The notes: generated by a model from the letters alone, not told the origin. 63,092 nucleotides of DNA, filler included, from Globobulimina sp. (GCA_003354225.1; 33 parts of 33 records of this genome joined end to end with filler, not necessarily neighbours in it), one strand, 5' to 3'; counted from the whole stretch's first letter, positions 34,562 through 47,301 are shown. Program-made: numbers and translations.

Positions 34562-35611
34562 TCAATTGACATTTTCATTCACACCTTGTTGATATACGGT
34601 ATTTATTCCTATAAATTCCATTAACCATTGAACTGCAATGATGATGTCAACTAATTTGAGATTTTCATATAATTTCGATACATCACTGGATCTCTGGAAA
34701 ATATCATGATGAATAAATTTGTATTTCTTCTTAATGTGATTTAAATAAAATTTAAGTTGATAAGAATTTTCTAAAATGATATGATAATTTGAATGATAAC
34801 GAAATATTGCAAGATAACCATTTAATTTGTTATTTAATATTCTTTGATAGAAATTTGTTGGATGTGCACCTAAACAAAGTACTGGTCGCCAACTGAAGGG
34901 GCGGCCTTTGTGGATTTTGTGCAATGCTCCGAGTTTGGCGATTTTTGGATAAGTTCTGTTATTTATACAGTCATACAGACCAATTTCAAATTGATGGAAA
35001 CCAATTTCTCGTTCAATGTGCCAAATATCATTAAAATGTTTATGAAAATAAAGATGAAAATTATATAATTGTTTCATTAAACAACGGGAAATCTCCCATT
35101 CTTCTTGTGATAATGTGATAAAATTCTCGCCTTCTAATAAATTGTAAGACGATTCTCGTAATTGTGATTTTAACATAATTTCAAGGCCCATATTTTTATC
35201 TAATTCAACAAATACATAATTTTGAGCTGCAAATTGCTCGAATTGATATTTCATATTTTGATTAAAGTTTAATTGATTATTTAATTGTTTTTTATTTTTC
35301 TTATAATCATTTCTTATTTTTATATAATAACTTTTCATTTTATTGTCAAATATTTTATAGGCGGCTTTTCTGACGGTGGCGTTTAAAGGTAATGGCTTAC
35401 AATGAATTGTTGTTTGTCTTTTTATTGAAGCTGTTGAATTTTTTAATTGTTTAATATATTTATTAATGTCTAAGTCGTCGATAACGCAATTTTTGCCGAG
35501 TTTGGCGATGTTATTCGCAAATTTCGGAGTTTGAAAAGTTTGAAAATTATATAAATATTTTTGTGAATATGGAATGATGGAATGATATTTGAATATGTTA
35601 TTTTTAATCAA
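34562..35611 (-). mobile_element. Penelope-like element reverse transcriptase (N-terminal RT domains), disrupted
   Basis: LDKNMG, PKIAKLGALHKIHKG....RPVL....HPT, ILENSYQLK, SSDVSKLYENL equal PLE motifs DKG, YGLPKIHK..RPIVS, S.DV.SLYT; frame stops before the catalytic YxDD. Confidence 0.8.
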
Positions 35612-36416
35612 TAATAATTCATCTAATTCATCTAATTTATTTATGTCATATTTTCATTTTTGTGATTTTAAAATGCTGCAAAATATCATGGTCATTCCAT
35701 ACGGTTTTAATGGCATTGCTATCGATTTTATTGTCATTTAATGCGTCAATATCATCATTCAACATTTCCGCATCATTCTCTTCAACGGATTTGCTTTCAT
35801 TTTCAGCATTTTTTGACGAATTTTGTTGTTGTTCAAAGTCGATTACTTTTTTGATATTTGCGCGTATGAAAAAACTCATTAAAAATAGAAAAAACAAGAA
35901 ACAATGGTTAAAAATATAGCCCTTTCAAAATTTAAAAATAAAATGAAAAAATTAGAGAATGGGCTATATTTACAATTAAATGATGACATTGTTAATATTG
36001 CCCCGTCATTTAAGACAATCAGAACCCGTCGAGACGAGGTAAAATCGCGTATAAATCATAAAAACATTAATTTGAAGAAATTAAACACAAAATTTCTATA
36101 CTAATACTATCCTATACTAATACTATCCTCGCATTTTTATTATTATTAATTATAAATTGTTGTGATAGGTCACAGAATTGTAAAGTCCATATGCTTTTAT
36201 TGTGGCTAGGTGCAGTGTATATATTGTTGAGATTAGTGAAATATTTGTGATGAAGTTTAGATCAGAATTACTTAAATTTGAAATTGCAAAANNNNNNNNN
36301 NNNNNNNNNNNNNNNNNNNNNNNNNNNNNNNNNNNTTAATTAATTAANNNNNNNNNNNNNNNNNNNNNNNNNNNNNNNNNNNNNNNNNNNNAAAAAAAAA
36401 AAAAAAAACTAAATGT

Positions 36417-37830
36417 TTAAATATCGTCAATTATCTTCCTTTTTTTTGAATCAGGTTTGTTTTCCTGTGATTCATCATTTGATAGTTTCCTTTTGCGGTC
36501 TTGCGAGGATTCACTTTGATTCGAAATCGAATTATTTGCCAATAAGATGCTTGCATCATCATACTGTAAATTATTGACTTCAGCCGCTTGGACAAGATCA
36601 TGTTGGATCAAAACTGCTTGATGATGTTCCGCTGCACTTTGTGAATTCGGCTGCACTTTGTCATTGGCACAGAAAACGGGTGTGGCGGGCATGATGTTAG
36701 CATCGGTTACTAACTCGGATTCTTTCTCTTCAGTATCGGCGGGAACTGGCGGCACATATGCGCTAACATAGGCATCTAATAATATCCCCCCCACTTCTTA
36801 ACAGTATTGCCAAAAAATTTTAGTGTCTGTGTGTTGTATCGCCAACGTCCAAGCATTTTAATCGCACGGGCATGTTTTAAAAATTTATTTTGTTTCATTT
36901 CGGGAGGAATGTCCAAAATATGACTGGAACCATATTTTAATGCCAATGCTTTTAATGATAAGAAATTGGTATTCACATAATAATAGCAATCCTTGGCGAA
37001 TAAGTGATCCAATGGATCCTTTTCAGTAAAAACATGACGGTCAGTGGTGCCTTTAATCTTATCCCAAATAACTTGTTCAGCTTGGCTGAGTTTCGAAACA
37101 TCGATCGAATGATTGAAAAATGGAAGGAATAGACGATACATTTCGGATACATAAAGTGTCATTTCGTCGAATGATCTGAAGTTATTGGAGGGTGTCGAGA
37201 TATTTGAAAGGTGGGGTGTCGGTGGTGTATCCATTTGATGCATTGAGGCTTTCTGATATGTATACAAAAAAAAATAACGTGGACTTAGAGATAAAAAAAT
37301 ATTAAAAAATTAACTTCAAATGCATATTTAAATAATGCAGGTAAGACACGGCGGGTAACTTCGCGATCGAATAACACAATATTAACGCAAATATAATCCA
37401 AGGCAATAAGTAAAATGGCTTTAAATGCTAGCGAACGCATTGGGATGATAGCCTTCAAACGATCAAGGGACACAAAATCAGAATACATCACGATAACTTC
37501 ATTTAAATACTTTTCATATTCAGAGAAATCTATATCGACCAAAAAATCTGTTAAACGGCCTTTAAATGCGGAAATATACTTGGTCATTTTTTTTAAACTG
37601 TCTGTTCTCTCTGGAAGTGTTAACGAGTCAACATAATTTTGCCAGTGAAGTAATTCTATGCGACCCCTAACCGCTAGAGACTCCCAATCGATACATTCAT
37701 CGGAATTATTACATATGGCATTCGTAAGAGCAGTCGATCCAGCACGAACTCCGTTTGATATAGTGATATCAGGAGCAGTGCCAAAACAGTTCATCCAAAA
37801 TGAGTGTTTGTCATTAGAAGAAGAACACAT
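36417..37830 (-). CDS. Multi-exon or frameshifted hypothetical protein
   Basis: Three consecutive same-strand ORFs (37285-37830, 36776-37267, 36417-36794) with T-rich intron-like gaps; C-terminal basic NLS-like motifs. Confidence 0.45.
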
Positions 37831-38869
37831 TTTGGCATGATCAACGTCATCGACACTTTCGTTATATATAATAATATAATGTATAAAAAAATATAATAAT
37901 AAACAGAAAAAAAAATACCCGATAGTAATGCCAGGTAACCGATCACGAATAGTGGTTAACGCAGACTGGGACCAATTATATAAAGTACAAAGTGAATTAG
38001 TGGTCGAGGTACCGGGGGGAAACCTTTTACATTGTGGGCAGTTATTTTCATTTTATTGTAAGTATGGGCAGTGACACATAAACAGGGAGTAATTGTGGTG
38101 TAATGTACCCTATTTTTCGGGCTCCAAAGGGTGCCAATACAGTCGATATAAAGAAAGTCATCTTGGACAGCTGAATAAACGCTTCCGAATTTTTCGGTGA
38201 TTTGTANNNNNNNNNNNNNNNNNNNNNNNNNNNNNNNNNNNNNNNNNNNNTTAATTAATTAANNNNNNNNNNNNNNNNNNNNNNNNNNNNNNNNNNNNNN
38301 NNNNNNGCGTGGATTAATTAAAAGTACTCATTCCACTCCTCCCTTGACCATAATATATACTCAAAAAGTCATTTGAAAAATAGTCCTCCACATAGGAATT
38401 AGGTAATGCTGATAAGCACCTAGCTTAATTGGCAGAGCATTGGTTAGTAAGATGACTTCACGTGGATGGCTTAGATATCCTTGCACTTTCACACATGTTT
38501 TTTTGTGTTTTATCTTGATGCTGCTGATGATAAAGTGTTGTGTTGTTTGAAATGATTGATACTGTTATGGTTTATGCTATTTTGATTGATGATGATCCAG
38601 ACGGCACATTGACATACTTTGTATTTGAATTCGGCCAAATCAAACATAAGACTTTCAAATAACGGCCCCATTAATATGGGCGTTTGGGCGTTTGGGAGGC
38701 GGTGGGGATCGCAATCCATATTGTGATGATTGCTCATTGAGAGCATCTAATTAAATAAGATTTGGGTCCAAATCCCAATCATCACATTTTTTTTGATTAT
38801 CCCATGAGTTATTACATTTTTGTTCGTTTTATATAATGTTTTTTGTTTGTTTTGCGTTTTTCGTTTCTA

Positions 38870-38895
38870 TTTTACCACCTCTAGAGGTGGTAAAA
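38870..38895. repeat. Perfect 26-bp palindrome TTTTACCACCTCTAGAGGTGGTAAAA within a short direct duplication
   Basis: Self-complementary; preceded and followed by ttttcgtttctattt. Confidence 0.9.
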
Positions 38896-39325
38896 GTGTT
38901 TTTCGTTTCTATTTACTAGTCCTAGGCGATGTAAAGAGGTACTTTTTTGATCGGTAATGTCTAAATTACTGCGTTTTTTTTGGTAAAGTACTAGTTGAAT
39001 ATGAATAATATACTATTGCATATTCAATAAAAAAAAAGGGATAGATGTTTTCGAAAATATTTTGTATGTACGCAACGTGCACGCACCGCTATATCAGGAA
39101 TGGTATCATACTTCTCCATTGGCAGCGAAATTATTCCATACTTTTTTTTTTATATCCAACAGGGAATCAAATTTAAAAACCATAAAAAATAATACATCAA
39201 AAAACACTTAAAACAACAAAAAACCGAACAGAAACATGTCACACTGTCAAACAACATAATATATATATATACACTAATAATATCTGGCAAAATGTGTTAT
39301 TACACACATTTATTTTTTATTTCTA

Positions 39326-40121
39326 TTATTCATTGTAAACAATAGTATCATTCTGTTTTGTTTGCTCTTTTTGTTGAGCTGAACCAATAAAACCGGCAAG
39401 TTGATTTTCTACAGAACTCCATTGAATTTCGGGATGAAGTGATATCACCATAGATTGATGCGGTCTGAATTTCAATCTCAACGCTTGTTTAAGTAAAAAT
39501 ATGCCAAGAACTCTATACGCAGTCACTCGGTACGAGTTCAATGACACTGCAATATTGCCATAAATATAAATTATAGAATCATCGCCATGCGAATAGCTAG
39601 TAAATCCATAATAGAACCCCCAAAACAAACACGCACAGCCAATAAATGCAGAAACTAATATTTTAAAAGTCCGACTGACATGCAACCCATCAAAGGATGC
39701 AACCACAATAATAAACTCAATGAAGGTAATATAATATATGCATTCTGCAATAAGCATCAAAATGGGATAATTCCACTGTTCCGCCTTCCATATATTCTCA
39801 TATGCGATGTCAGAAATCGCTAAAACAAACATATAATACGTTTTAATCCAAGAATCAAACGAATGCCAAATAATTACAGACGCTTTTTTGTTGATTAATA
39901 GCGCCCAAAATGCAAAATAAGGGCCACAAATACATGACGCGAGTATCAAAAGAAAAATAGGCCATATCAGGGTATGCTTCGCAGTGAACCGAAAAACGAA
40001 ATATAGCGTAAATGATATGATTACTATTATTTTGGAGATTTTATGTGAGCCAACAAATTTGATTTTCTTTGCTGTTTCTGCCGAAAAAAACGATCTCAAA
40101 TAATCTAATTCTTGGCAAAAT
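39326..40121 (-). CDS. Multi-pass membrane protein of unknown function, 5'-partial
   Basis: 257+ aa ORF with about 6 hydrophobic segments. Confidence 0.65.
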
Positions 40122-40643
40122 NNNNNNNNNNNNNNNNNNNNNNNNNNNNNNNNNNNNNNNNNNNNTTAATTAATTAANNNNNNNNNNNNNNNNNNNNNNN
40201 NNNNNNNNNNNNNNNNNNNNNGCAAATGCAGGCTGTTTGATAAGTTTGCTGAAAAAAATGGAAAAACTTTTTGAACAGAAAAAAATTTGCAGCATTATCG
40301 GAGAGGCCTAATTGAATCGATTTTTTCCATCAATGTTTTCATTGTTCGGACTTGAATTCGTTGAGCAATCACTATTTGATGGTGACGTAGAATGTGTTAT
40401 TTGCGCTGACTGGCGACGAATCAATAAAACAAGTAAAACAATAAAATAACGCATGGTGTAGCTAAGGAAGATGTTTTGGTGTAGCTAGGAAAGATTTATT
40501 AAAACAAAAATGGCAATTCATACAACAGCACTAAACTCTAAGAAATCAGCACAGTTCCAAAGGGAGGTAGTACACTTATTGTATCTTAATAAATTATGTC
40601 AGATGTTATTAATTATTATGCTGTAAAAAAAAAGCATAAAGTG

Positions 40644-41789
40644 TCATTTAGAAGGGTCAATTTGCCAATTTATAGCTTCCTTACCCAATTCCGCCAAAAA
40701 CGCATTACATTTCGAATATGGCTTACTTCCATAAAATCCCCTATGCGCAGATAATCCGCTTGGATGCGGAGACTCGACAATTTTATGTTTCTTCACATCA
40801 ATGATCTTCTTCTTTTTCTGTGCCTGGGCTCCCCACAAAATAAACACAACACAGTCCTGTTTGTCCGATATAGTTTGAATCACTGCGTCGGTGAACTTCT
40901 GCCAACCGAACTTTTTATGCGAATTTGCTTTATGCGCTTGTACAGTCAACACCGTATTCAATAATAAGATGCCTTGCTGTGCCCACTGTATTAAGTTGCC
41001 ATGGCCGGGCGACTTAAATCCAATGTCAGTGCCGGCCTCTTTGTACATATTACGCAATGAACTCGGTATTTTGATGCCTTTTGGCACACTGAAACATAAT
41101 CCCTCCGCTTGCTTATTGTCGTGATATGGATCCTGGCCAATGATCACAACGGACAATGCATCCCAGGGACAATAGGAAAAGGCACTAAATACCAATTTAA
41201 CGGGCGGGAAGATCTCCACTCCTTTCTTCTGTTCGGTGGCTAAATTGGCACGCAATTGAACGAAATATGGTTTCTCAAATTCTGCGCGTAATACATCGGT
41301 CCATGATTTGTCTAATAACTCATCGCAGTTTGCATAGGTGATCGGTATGGACGCTTTTTTTTGTTTCTTATCGTCTTGTTTTAGGTCTTCATCGTCGGAT
41401 TCTTCCTTTGTTTCGGTTAATTTGTTACGTTTTTGCGCGGGTTGGCCGGATGTGGCCGAGGTAGTGTCTTTGATGCCGGATTTGGAGGGTTCAATGGGAT
41501 CGATTGGGTCGCCTTTATCTTCGAATTCGTTGTATTTTCTTTTTTTGCTATTTTTGTTGTCAGTGTTGTTTGTTGAGGCTTTTTTCGGTTTGAAAAAATC
41601 GGTTATTGTTCCGCTCATTGTTGAGGTTGATATGGCTGTGTCTGTGGGTTTTGTGAATAAATGCGAGTGCGGATGTGAATGAATGCTGTGGTGTTTTGAA
41701 TGTGATGGTATATTAATTGAATGTGTACGTATCCGATTGCAGAAAAAATGCTGTTTATTTTGGGTTAGGATGGATTTGATACATTTCAT
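40644..41789 (-). CDS. UNG: Uracil-DNA glycosylase, family 1
   Basis: VVIIGQDPYH, AEGLCFSV, PSSLRNMYKE, WAQQGILLLN, FILWG, HPSGLSAHRGF. Confidence 0.96.
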   Translation of the reverse strand: MKCIKSILTQNKQHFFCNRIRTHSINIPSHSKHHSIHSHPHSHLFTKPTDTAISTSTMSGTITDFFKPKKASTNNTDNKNSKKRKYNEFEDKGDPIDPIEPSKSGIKDTTSATSGQPAQKRNKLTETKEESDDEDLKQDDKKQKKASIPITYANCDELLDKSWTDVLRAEFEKPYFVQLRANLATEQKKGVEIFPPVKLVFSAFSYCPWDALSVVIIGQDPYHDNKQAEGLCFSVPKGIKIPSSLRNMYKEAGTDIGFKSPGHGNLIQWAQQGILLLNTVLTVQAHKANSHKKFGWQKFTDAVIQTISDKQDCVVFILWGAQAQKKKKIIDVKKHKIVESPHPSGLSAHRGFYGSKPYSKCNAFLAELGKEAINWQIDPSK

Positions 41790-42136
41790 GTTTGATATTA
41801 ATGGTATTGAATTTCAATTAAATTCGTAGGTAAGAAAGCGACGACATACGTGATGACTGATGAGAGAAGCGGATGTTTTTTTTTCTTAAATTTGGAATTT
41901 ATATTTTTCCAAAAAAACCAAGATAAAAACTGAACGTGATGACAGTATGCGTTTTATGCATAATTATTTATTATTGATATACATTATAATTAATTATAAT
42001 ACAACGTTACCATTCGCCATCATTCATCACCATCGTNNNNNNNNNNNNNNNNNNNNNNNNNNNNNNNNNNNNNNNNNNNNTTAATTAATTAANNNNNNNN
42101 NNNNNNNNNNNNNNNNNNNNNNNNNNNNNNNNNNNN

Positions 42137-42479
42137 TATTGCAAGGAATGCGATTATAATATTTTGAGGCTAATAAATGAATTACAGTGACATAGCCAGA
42201 CACAAACACTGTATATGTTAACATTCGATATGAAATTCCCAAATCACTGTGAATAAAACCACTGTAGATTTTGTACGATTTTTCTTGTAAATAATTGAAC
42301 ATTTGACCCATTTGCAGCAATATTATGCTGAATAGAGAAATGGAGGGTTTTGCCTTTTCAATATCAATTACATCATCATCAATGTGCTGAGAGCATGCAG
42401 AATATCCATTTGTTTTATCCACAGTTGGAGTTGTTGTATGACTGTCAGCTGCGTTGAATAATGGGTCGTGTTCACTCAT
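42137..42479 (-). CDS. Probable MFS-type transporter, N-terminus
   Basis: Hydrophilic N-tail then TM1/TM2-like segments with I.SDLGISY pattern. Confidence 0.45.
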
Positions 42480-42562
42480 CTGCCATTGTCATGAGTGGAG
42501 TACTTAATTTTTGAGTTAAAGCAGTTTTTTAATACTCTTACTTCGTTACATCCACTACACAA

Positions 42563-43768
42563 ATGATTGTCAGTGTGTCATTATTATTTACCATTCGAAT
42601 TTTCGTCTGTTTCGCAACTGTCTGGAATTGGACAAAAGGAAGTCCCCCAACATTACCCAGGCCATGCGGACAAATGGCTGTTGGTTATGATTCAGTGAAT
42701 GATCGCATTATCTTACTTGGAGGCAACGGTGGATATAGCAAACAATTGGTACTCTTTAACACAAACAAGAGTTTCATTGATTATTGCTCTGAATTTCTCA
42801 ACCATACTATAATTAGATCGGGTCAATATTATACCCAAATAAATAATTTTCTATATATCCATTCAGGATTAATTCCAAATCCTTACATCAATATATTTAA
42901 TCTTGAAACCAACGAACTAAGCACTCCACTCTCAAAAACTGGCATGTATGCAATGCATGCAACTTCTTCGTGTGTCACCTCATTCGCATACAACAGTTAT
43001 GATTACTTAATGCTTATTGGTGGTGTATTTGAAGCTAATCACTTAGGCTCATCCGCACTTTTTGATATTTCCAGATCCGAATGGATTGCATCTGAATCCA
43101 TTCCTATTTTAAATCAAAACCGATCTGTATTTGCATGTGCTTTTAGCGCAAATAAAATATTTGCTATTGCTGGAGATCCCTCTTTAAATTCTATTGAAAT
43201 GCTAAATATTGCAAATGATGTCGGAATTGCTGATATTGGAAAACAAGAATGGATCGTAATTGATCCTTTGCCCATTGATATGTTACGGCGGCATGTTACT
43301 GTTGTTTATGAGCAACGTGTTGTTATCATTGGTGGTTACATTCAGTCATTGGGGACGCATTTGGACCAAATCATAGAAATTGATGCTACTACAAATGCAG
43401 TGCAAATAACGGGCTCATTAGCATATGGAATGTCTGATACTGCGGCAATTGCTGTGCATCCATATTTGTATGCATTTGCAGGCGGTGATAATAGTAATAA
43501 CAATCATGTTTTCTGGCAATACAGCTTTGTAAATACATTATATCCTTCACATAATACAACAGCTGAAACAACCGTGAATCCTACAAACATTCCAACAACA
43601 TCACCGACCACAGTCCAGCAACGCGATGAAAATGGCACAATGTATATTGTAATCGTTGTCATTTCTATCTGTATCATATTTGGTAGTTTTGCAGTCATTG
43701 TTTATAATAAATTCCAACAAACAACTTGTAGCCGTACACATGTCCGATATAATAAAGTAGTCATTTGA
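42563..43768 (+). CDS. Extracellular Kelch-repeat type I membrane protein with P/T-rich stalk
   Basis: Signal peptide; repeated hhhGG...W Kelch motifs (IILLGG, MLIGG, FAIAG, VIIGG, YAFAGG); PT..PT..PT stalk; TM. Confidence 0.8.
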   Translation: MIVSVSLLFTIRIFVCFATVWNWTKGSPPTLPRPCGQMAVGYDSVNDRIILLGGNGGYSKQLVLFNTNKSFIDYCSEFLNHTIIRSGQYYTQINNFLYIHSGLIPNPYINIFNLETNELSTPLSKTGMYAMHATSSCVTSFAYNSYDYLMLIGGVFEANHLGSSALFDISRSEWIASESIPILNQNRSVFACAFSANKIFAIAGDPSLNSIEMLNIANDVGIADIGKQEWIVIDPLPIDMLRRHVTVVYEQRVVIIGGYIQSLGTHLDQIIEIDATTNAVQITGSLAYGMSDTAAIAVHPYLYAFAGGDNSNNNHVFWQYSFVNTLYPSHNTTAETTVNPTNIPTTSPTTVQQRDENGTMYIVIVVISICIIFGSFAVIVYNKFQQTTCSRTHVRYNKVVI

Positions 43769-44051
43769 AGGTAATTAGACATAAAGTCTAATGTTCAGAG
43801 GTTTGGATGTTCAGAAGTTGGAGCAGCTTAATAATTAATTCAACATCTTACTTAAAGTGCATTTTATTATTGTTTTTTGCGTCAATGTTGTTTGTTTGTG
43901 TTGTTTTGCTATTTTCCCAGTACTTATAGTGTTTAATTTTTTTTTTATGTTNNNNNNNNNNNNNNNNNNNNNNNNNNNNNNNNNNNNNNNNNNNNTTAAT
44001 TAATTAANNNNNNNNNNNNNNNNNNNNNNNNNNNNNNNNNNNNNNNNNNNN

Positions 44052-45244
44052 CTACAAACAATGCTGGTATCTAATCTATATTTGTACATTTAACATGCGA
44101 TTTTGCGTACAATTAATATATTTCTATATATAATTAGGCTTAGCCGGCTTAGTGACGCAAGTGCCGCGCGACGATGCAAATACATCCGACAGAGACAGAG
44201 ATGGCGGTGGTGGCGGCGGCGTAGAGTCGCTTGTGACCCAAGTCCCGCGCGACGACGACGAGACTGAGCAAAATATCCGTGGAGTGGTGGGCGGTTCGGG
44301 CAGTTCGGGCAGTTCGGGCATCTGTGCTTGCTTTAGCTGCTTATGGAGCTGTTGCAGTGGGCCGCAAGCCCCGGCCGAGGTGCCCATGACCGCTCAGAAC
44401 GATTATCAGAGCAATGGGGACGTGGCCTCCTCGAAACAGCAAATGAACCAACCGGATGGGCCCTTATTAGAGCAAGGCACCGGCACCGGCTCTGTCGACA
44501 AGGACGAAGAGGAACCGTCAGTGTCGTCGACGGACTATGACCAGGCCTTACTGCCTCCGCCCAAGCCGCACCATGTCGGCAAGAAATGTTTGGTGTTGGA
44601 CTTGGATGAGACTTTGGTGCATTCCTCGTTCAAACCCATCCCGAAGCCGGACTTTATTATTCCTGTCGAGATCGACAGAGTGGTGCATCACGTTTACGTG
44701 TTGAAGCGGCCGTACGTGGACGAGTTCTTGTTGCGGGCCAGCAAGTATTATGAAATCGTGATTTTCACGGCCTCCCTCTCTAAAGTTAGAGCCATCTATG
44801 TGCGAATTTGCGTATGTCGATGTAATATATATTGTGTGACTGTGTTTTGTGTAGTACGCCGACCCATTATTAGACAAATTGGACGTGCATAATGTGATTA
44901 GCCATCGCCTGTTTCGGGAAAGCTGTGTGATCCATGGCACGGCGTACGTGAAGGATATGCGTCGCATCGGCAGGAAGTTGAAGGATTCCATCATTGTGGA
45001 CAACTCGCCGCCGTCTTATTTATTTCAGCCCACCAATGCGGTGCCCATTGCGTCGTGGTTTGACGATCAGAATGATACGCAATTGTTGGATTTTTGCGCC
45101 GTGCTAGAAACCACTGTTGACCAAATAGATGATGTGAGGAAGATTCTAGACGCCAATAACAAATCCTTTCGTTGGTTGTGCAATCAGGCCCATCGCCCTC
45201 TTACTGAGTATACTGTGAGAAATGATAGAGTTAATAGGCAATAA
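44052..45244 (+). CDS. CTD small phosphatase (SCP/Psr1-like, FCP1/NIF HAD domain); intron 44785-44854; 5'-partial
   Basis: [73 protein letters not shown]. Confidence 0.93.
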
Positions 45245-45966
45245 TGTAGCTCATCGATTTAATTAATTGACTGTTTTTTTTGTTTTTCTTTGTTTCTTAT
45301 AATATTTTTTTTATGAGTGGTTTATATATTTTTCTTTGTGGCATGTGTTTTTCCCGTCGTTTTTGCCTGCATTTGATGTCGAGATTGATTATATATTCTT
45401 AATTTTTTTTATTTTTTTTTCTCTGTTTTTTTTAATGTATATTCTTCCTTTTTTGTTTGTAATATTTGGAAAACTGTTTAAATAAAAAGGTTCATCCAGA
45501 TATATTAATGTGTTTTTTTTTATTTTTTTGGAAAAAACATAATTACAATTTAACAGTTTTTGGTTTGGTCAATCTGAAAAAAAAATATTAAGGTTAGGAC
45601 TTCTTTTATACATATTTACGATATGGAAATAAAAATGATTTGTATATTGTTTTGGTTTTGTTTTATGTTCTATTCATTTTTGTTGGTTTGTGTTGTATGC
45701 TGTGTATAGTAAAAAATCTGTTTGCTTCTTTCATTTTTAAATCGGAAATAACGTTTGCCCACTTCCTCCCATCACTGAACGACAGTTTTTTGACTAAAAA
45801 AAAATAAAGAACTACTACTTTTGCAGAAGACAATAGTAAAATCCAAAGTTTCGATAATTTTGTGCTNNNNNNNNNNNNNNNNNNNNNNNNNNNNNNNNNN
45901 NNNNNNNNNNTTAATTAATTAANNNNNNNNNNNNNNNNNNNNNNNNNNNNNNNNNNNNNNNNNNNN

Positions 45967-46520
45967 GCCTCCTCGACCTCGTCCAATTGCAACGCCGCGC
46001 TGCTTTGTAGCCGCGATATGGTCTCGTTGGCCGCCTGCAATTTCAGCTCCATCTCCTTCAGTTTGCTGCTGCTGTTTTCGTGAGGGTTGAAGCCAAACGA
46101 CGACGACGTCGCATGGTGCATTCTCGGGTGTTCCTCTTCGCCGTCACTCGAATCGTCCGAAGTGGACTCCTCCGCACCTACAAAATCAAAATATAATATA
46201 CTCTCAACAATGTCAATTATATTATAAATGTACAGTACCTAAATACGCGACTCTCTGCGCCAATGTTGGTACGCTTTCTTGACCTTCGTCTTATCCCCGA
46301 CGCCTTTGGTGATGCGGAAGTGTTTCTGTCCCGGCAATCCCAACAAATCCGTCCACGACTTCTTCTCTCTGCCTTTGATCACATATTTGTAGTTTTCCTC
46401 CGTGAACAAAAGCTGCGCCTTCGAGATGACGCGGTGAATGAACTCGTGTTTTCGCAGATAATTTCTCAATTTCTGCCCCGCCAATTTCTCAAACACGTCG
46501 TAGTGCGTATCGCATTGCAA
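45967..46520 (-). CDS. Fragment of spliced hypothetical protein (GC-rich exons, coiled-coil)
   Basis: Two GC-rich frames separated by an AT-rich ~60-nt intron near 46178-46238. Confidence 0.45.
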
Positions 46521-46521
46521 G

Positions 46522-47301
46522 ATGTCGTTCTTAATAAACAGCAGAATGTCAAATCAATATGAGTTATTGGTATCAAATCAAACCATATCAACCAACCATA
46601 AGCGGTTAAAAAATTATCCAATTTACTGCGATAAACATGGTGCTGTATTTGAAGACGATGGTAATTTATATCAATTCGAACCAGGTCAAGGTGACAAGAA
46701 TGATTTTAATTTTCTGAAAATACCCTCTGAATCAAGCACTGACAGCGATGATAGTATGTGGCTGTCATTGTGTTATCAGAGAAAAACAGAAACAATATTT
46801 ACAATTTCAAATACGGTGGAATCGTTATCGCAAATCACAGATTTAAATATTCCAATGTTACAAATGAGTGCCAGCGGTTTATTGACAGCGCAAAAGAAAA
46901 AAAGCAAAAAATGTAAAGTTGCGTTTTGCAGTATTTTTGATTTGAATGGTAAAACATGGAAAAGTGTAAATAATTATCAGTATGAAACAGATTTTGATGA
47001 TACGTTTCGTAGATTTGGAATATGTGAAAATGAGTATGATTCTGATATTTACATCCAATCAAATTGTGGACATACAGCCAAATATGATGTAAATAAACAA
47101 ATCTGGTTTACAATATTTGAGGATGTTTACAATGAGGAAATGCACTTTGGCGGTACGCCTTTATTGTGGTTTGAAGCGAGTCCATTTGTTTTGTTTTTAT
47201 GCTGTGATCCTTATTTCGGTTATTTGGACACAAGAGATAAACAATCAAAATGGTGCAAAATCAATAACATAAATCATTCCATCTCATCCTTATTTTTGTA
47301 A
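46522..47301 (+). CDS. Hypothetical beta-propeller/Kelch-like protein
   Basis: 259 aa ORF; CSIFDL..KTW and AKYDVNKQIW Kelch-like blade ends. Confidence 0.5.
   Translation: MSFLINSRMSNQYELLVSNQTISTNHKRLKNYPIYCDKHGAVFEDDGNLYQFEPGQGDKNDFNFLKIPSESSTDSDDSMWLSLCYQRKTETIFTISNTVESLSQITDLNIPMLQMSASGLLTAQKKKSKKCKVAFCSIFDLNGKTWKSVNNYQYETDFDDTFRRFGICENEYDSDIYIQSNCGHTAKYDVNKQIWFTIFEDVYNEEMHFGGTPLLWFEASPFVLFLCCDPYFGYLDTRDKQSKWCKINNINHSISSLFL

Noticed and set aside
38416-38450. tRNA-like 5' half (TAGCTTAATTGGCAGAGCA...TTAGTAA, Thr-like)
   Set aside because: No 3' anticodon stem, T-loop/B-box or acceptor pairing visible; at most a fragment
40454-40496. Short direct repeat ggtgtagcta(a)ggaa(a)gat x2 downstream of UNG
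   Set aside because: Only two copies in a 3' region; no further structure
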